This document shows, in pieces, positions 38,707-39,936 of a stretch of DNA of 39,936 nucleotides. The stretch lies in sequence record SRR22947725_2265; one strand, written 5' to 3'. Each line of letters starts with the position of its first letter. The stretch's first letter is position 1. Below the pieces are notes generated by a model. It ran no database searches. It worked only from the letters and a program-made list of their open reading frames with translations, and had not been told where the DNA came from. The position numbers and the translations under genes were made by a program.

Positions 38707-39753
38707 TTGGCAAAAATCCAAAAGGCCCCAACGCTTAACGACGTTGCCGAGCTTGCAGGCGTCAGTCGTGCAACTGCCTCTCGAGCCTTAGCTGGCTACG
38801 GCCGCATCAGTGTTCAGACCGTAGAGACGGTGCAAAGGGCTGCGCAAAAACTTGGATACCGACCCAACGAGGTAGCTCGCGCCATGCGGGCTGGCAAGAC
38901 CAAAACCATTGGTTTAGTTGTCATTTCTGATTTCACAAATGCTTTTTTCGACCGCGCTACAAAAGCGATCATTGATGCAGCCAAGAGGCAGGGATACCAA
39001 ACCTTGGTCTCTCACACAGACGAGCGCATCGAAAATGAACGACAGGCTGTTCAGACGCTGATTGAGAAACGAGTCGACGGGCTAATCCTTGTTCCCTCAT
39101 CTGACTCTGATCACGATCACTTATCGCGTTCTCGAATCGGCGAAACCCCGATCGTTCTTTTAGACAGGCGGCTTGATAATTTGCAGATTCCCGCTGTCAC
39201 GACCGGGGACTATGAGGGAGCTAAGGCCGCAGTGAATTACGCGGTTGAAAAAGGACACGTGAATCTCGCATTCATCGTGGCAGTCCCAGGAATCAGCGAG
39301 AGCACCTTCAAGAGGCCCCACATTCCAATATCTACTGTGGTTGATCGCACTAATGGGTTTCTCGACGCAGCCAAGGCGAAAAAACTTAATTCAAGAATGG
39401 TTTTTTGTGAAGACAGCCAAGAAGGAGCAGAGGCGGCGGTAGAGGCTCTGCTCAATGTTCAACCTCGGGCAACCGCGTATTTCACTTCTAACAATGACAT
39501 GCTTCTGGCGCTGCTGAGGGTGGCGGGGAAACTCGGTATTGCAATCGGTAAGGACATATCGGTAGTCAGCTTTGACGACAGTCCTTGGGCTGCGGCAATG
39601 TCACCCGCTATAACCGTTGTGTCCCGACCTGTTGATCAGCTTGGCGAAGCCGCAGTTGAGCTGCTACTGAATCAGATGGCGGGTATGAAGGGTCTTCATA
39701 GTGTCACCCTTGAAACCAGCTTGATCGAAAGAGATTCGGTTCTATCGCTCTAG
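38707..39753 (+). CDS. LacI-family transcriptional regulator
   Basis: TLNDVAELAGVSRATASRAL HTH, YRPNEVARAM hinge, ISVVSFDD, LIERDS; AGGAG SD. Confidence 0.95.
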   Translation: MAKIQKAPTLNDVAELAGVSRATASRALAGYGRISVQTVETVQRAAQKLGYRPNEVARAMRAGKTKTIGLVVISDFTNAFFDRATKAIIDAAKRQGYQTLVSHTDERIENERQAVQTLIEKRVDGLILVPSSDSDHDHLSRSRIGETPIVLLDRRLDNLQIPAVTTGDYEGAKAAVNYAVEKGHVNLAFIVAVPGISESTFKRPHIPISTVVDRTNGFLDAAKAKKLNSRMVFCEDSQEGAEAAVEALLNVQPRATAYFTSNNDMLLALLRVAGKLGIAIGKDISVVSFDDSPWAAAMSPAITVVSRPVDQLGEAAVELLLNQMAGMKGLHSVTLETSLIERDSVLSL

Positions 39754-39891
39754 TGCAACGCGATTGGCAGACCCACCCCAATATCTCAACCACCAAAATT
39801 TCGTTGGATATCAAAGTTTGTTCTCACACATACATCGACCGCTAAGCCTTTCGAAACCTCATGAGGTTATGTAGAGTAGAGGATTGCACAA

Positions 39892-39936
39892 GCGCTTGTA
39901 GCTCAATGGATAGAGCATCTGACTACGGATCAGAAG
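39892..39936 (+). tRNA. tRNA-Arg (anticodon ACG), 5' part; truncated by the window end
   Basis: GCGCTTGTAGCTCAATGGATAGAGCA-TCTGA-CTACGGA-TCAGA-AG. Confidence 0.92.

Noticed and set aside
39754-39891. Possible att duplication of the tRNA-Ser(GCT) 3' end bounding the sugar cassette
   Set aside because: No copy of CCGTCTCCGCCA or similar seen here, and no integrase in the window.

Overview
A gene-dense, roughly 55% GC (estimated by eye) chromosomal segment of an actinobacterium. Gene content, tiny intergenic gaps and TANNNT leaderless promoters suggest a streamlined Microbacteriaceae member (Luna cluster, Aquiluna/Rhodoluna-like); this is inference. It holds core genes (xth partial, pyrE, TrmH-family methylase, purA, trhO, M13 peptidase, pgm, pheA, serS), three MFS transporters, a vapBC-type toxin-antitoxin pair, a compact K+ channel, an orphan beta-class DNA methyltransferase, a TPP-riboswitch-controlled thiBP transporter, tRNA-Ser(TGA), tRNA-Ser(GCT), a partial tRNA-Arg(ACG), and two sugar ABC modules each placed right after a tRNA-Ser. 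I saw no CRISPR array, integrase, transposase or prophage. The most striking signals are architectural: 7 of 9 convergent CDS pairs end on one shared palindromic CTAG (two overlapping TAG stops, no terminator); 30 of 43 complete CDSs end in TAG and TGA appears only inside gene overlaps; at least 16 genes look leaderless; and several -10 boxes are built from the upstream stop codon. Candidate uncharacterised systems: a coupled pair of mutually similar small membrane proteins (7579-8351), a Ser-variant Pr6Pr protein paired with an alpha/beta hydrolase, and a LacI-controlled sugar ABC plus ABM-fold cassette between two tRNAs.
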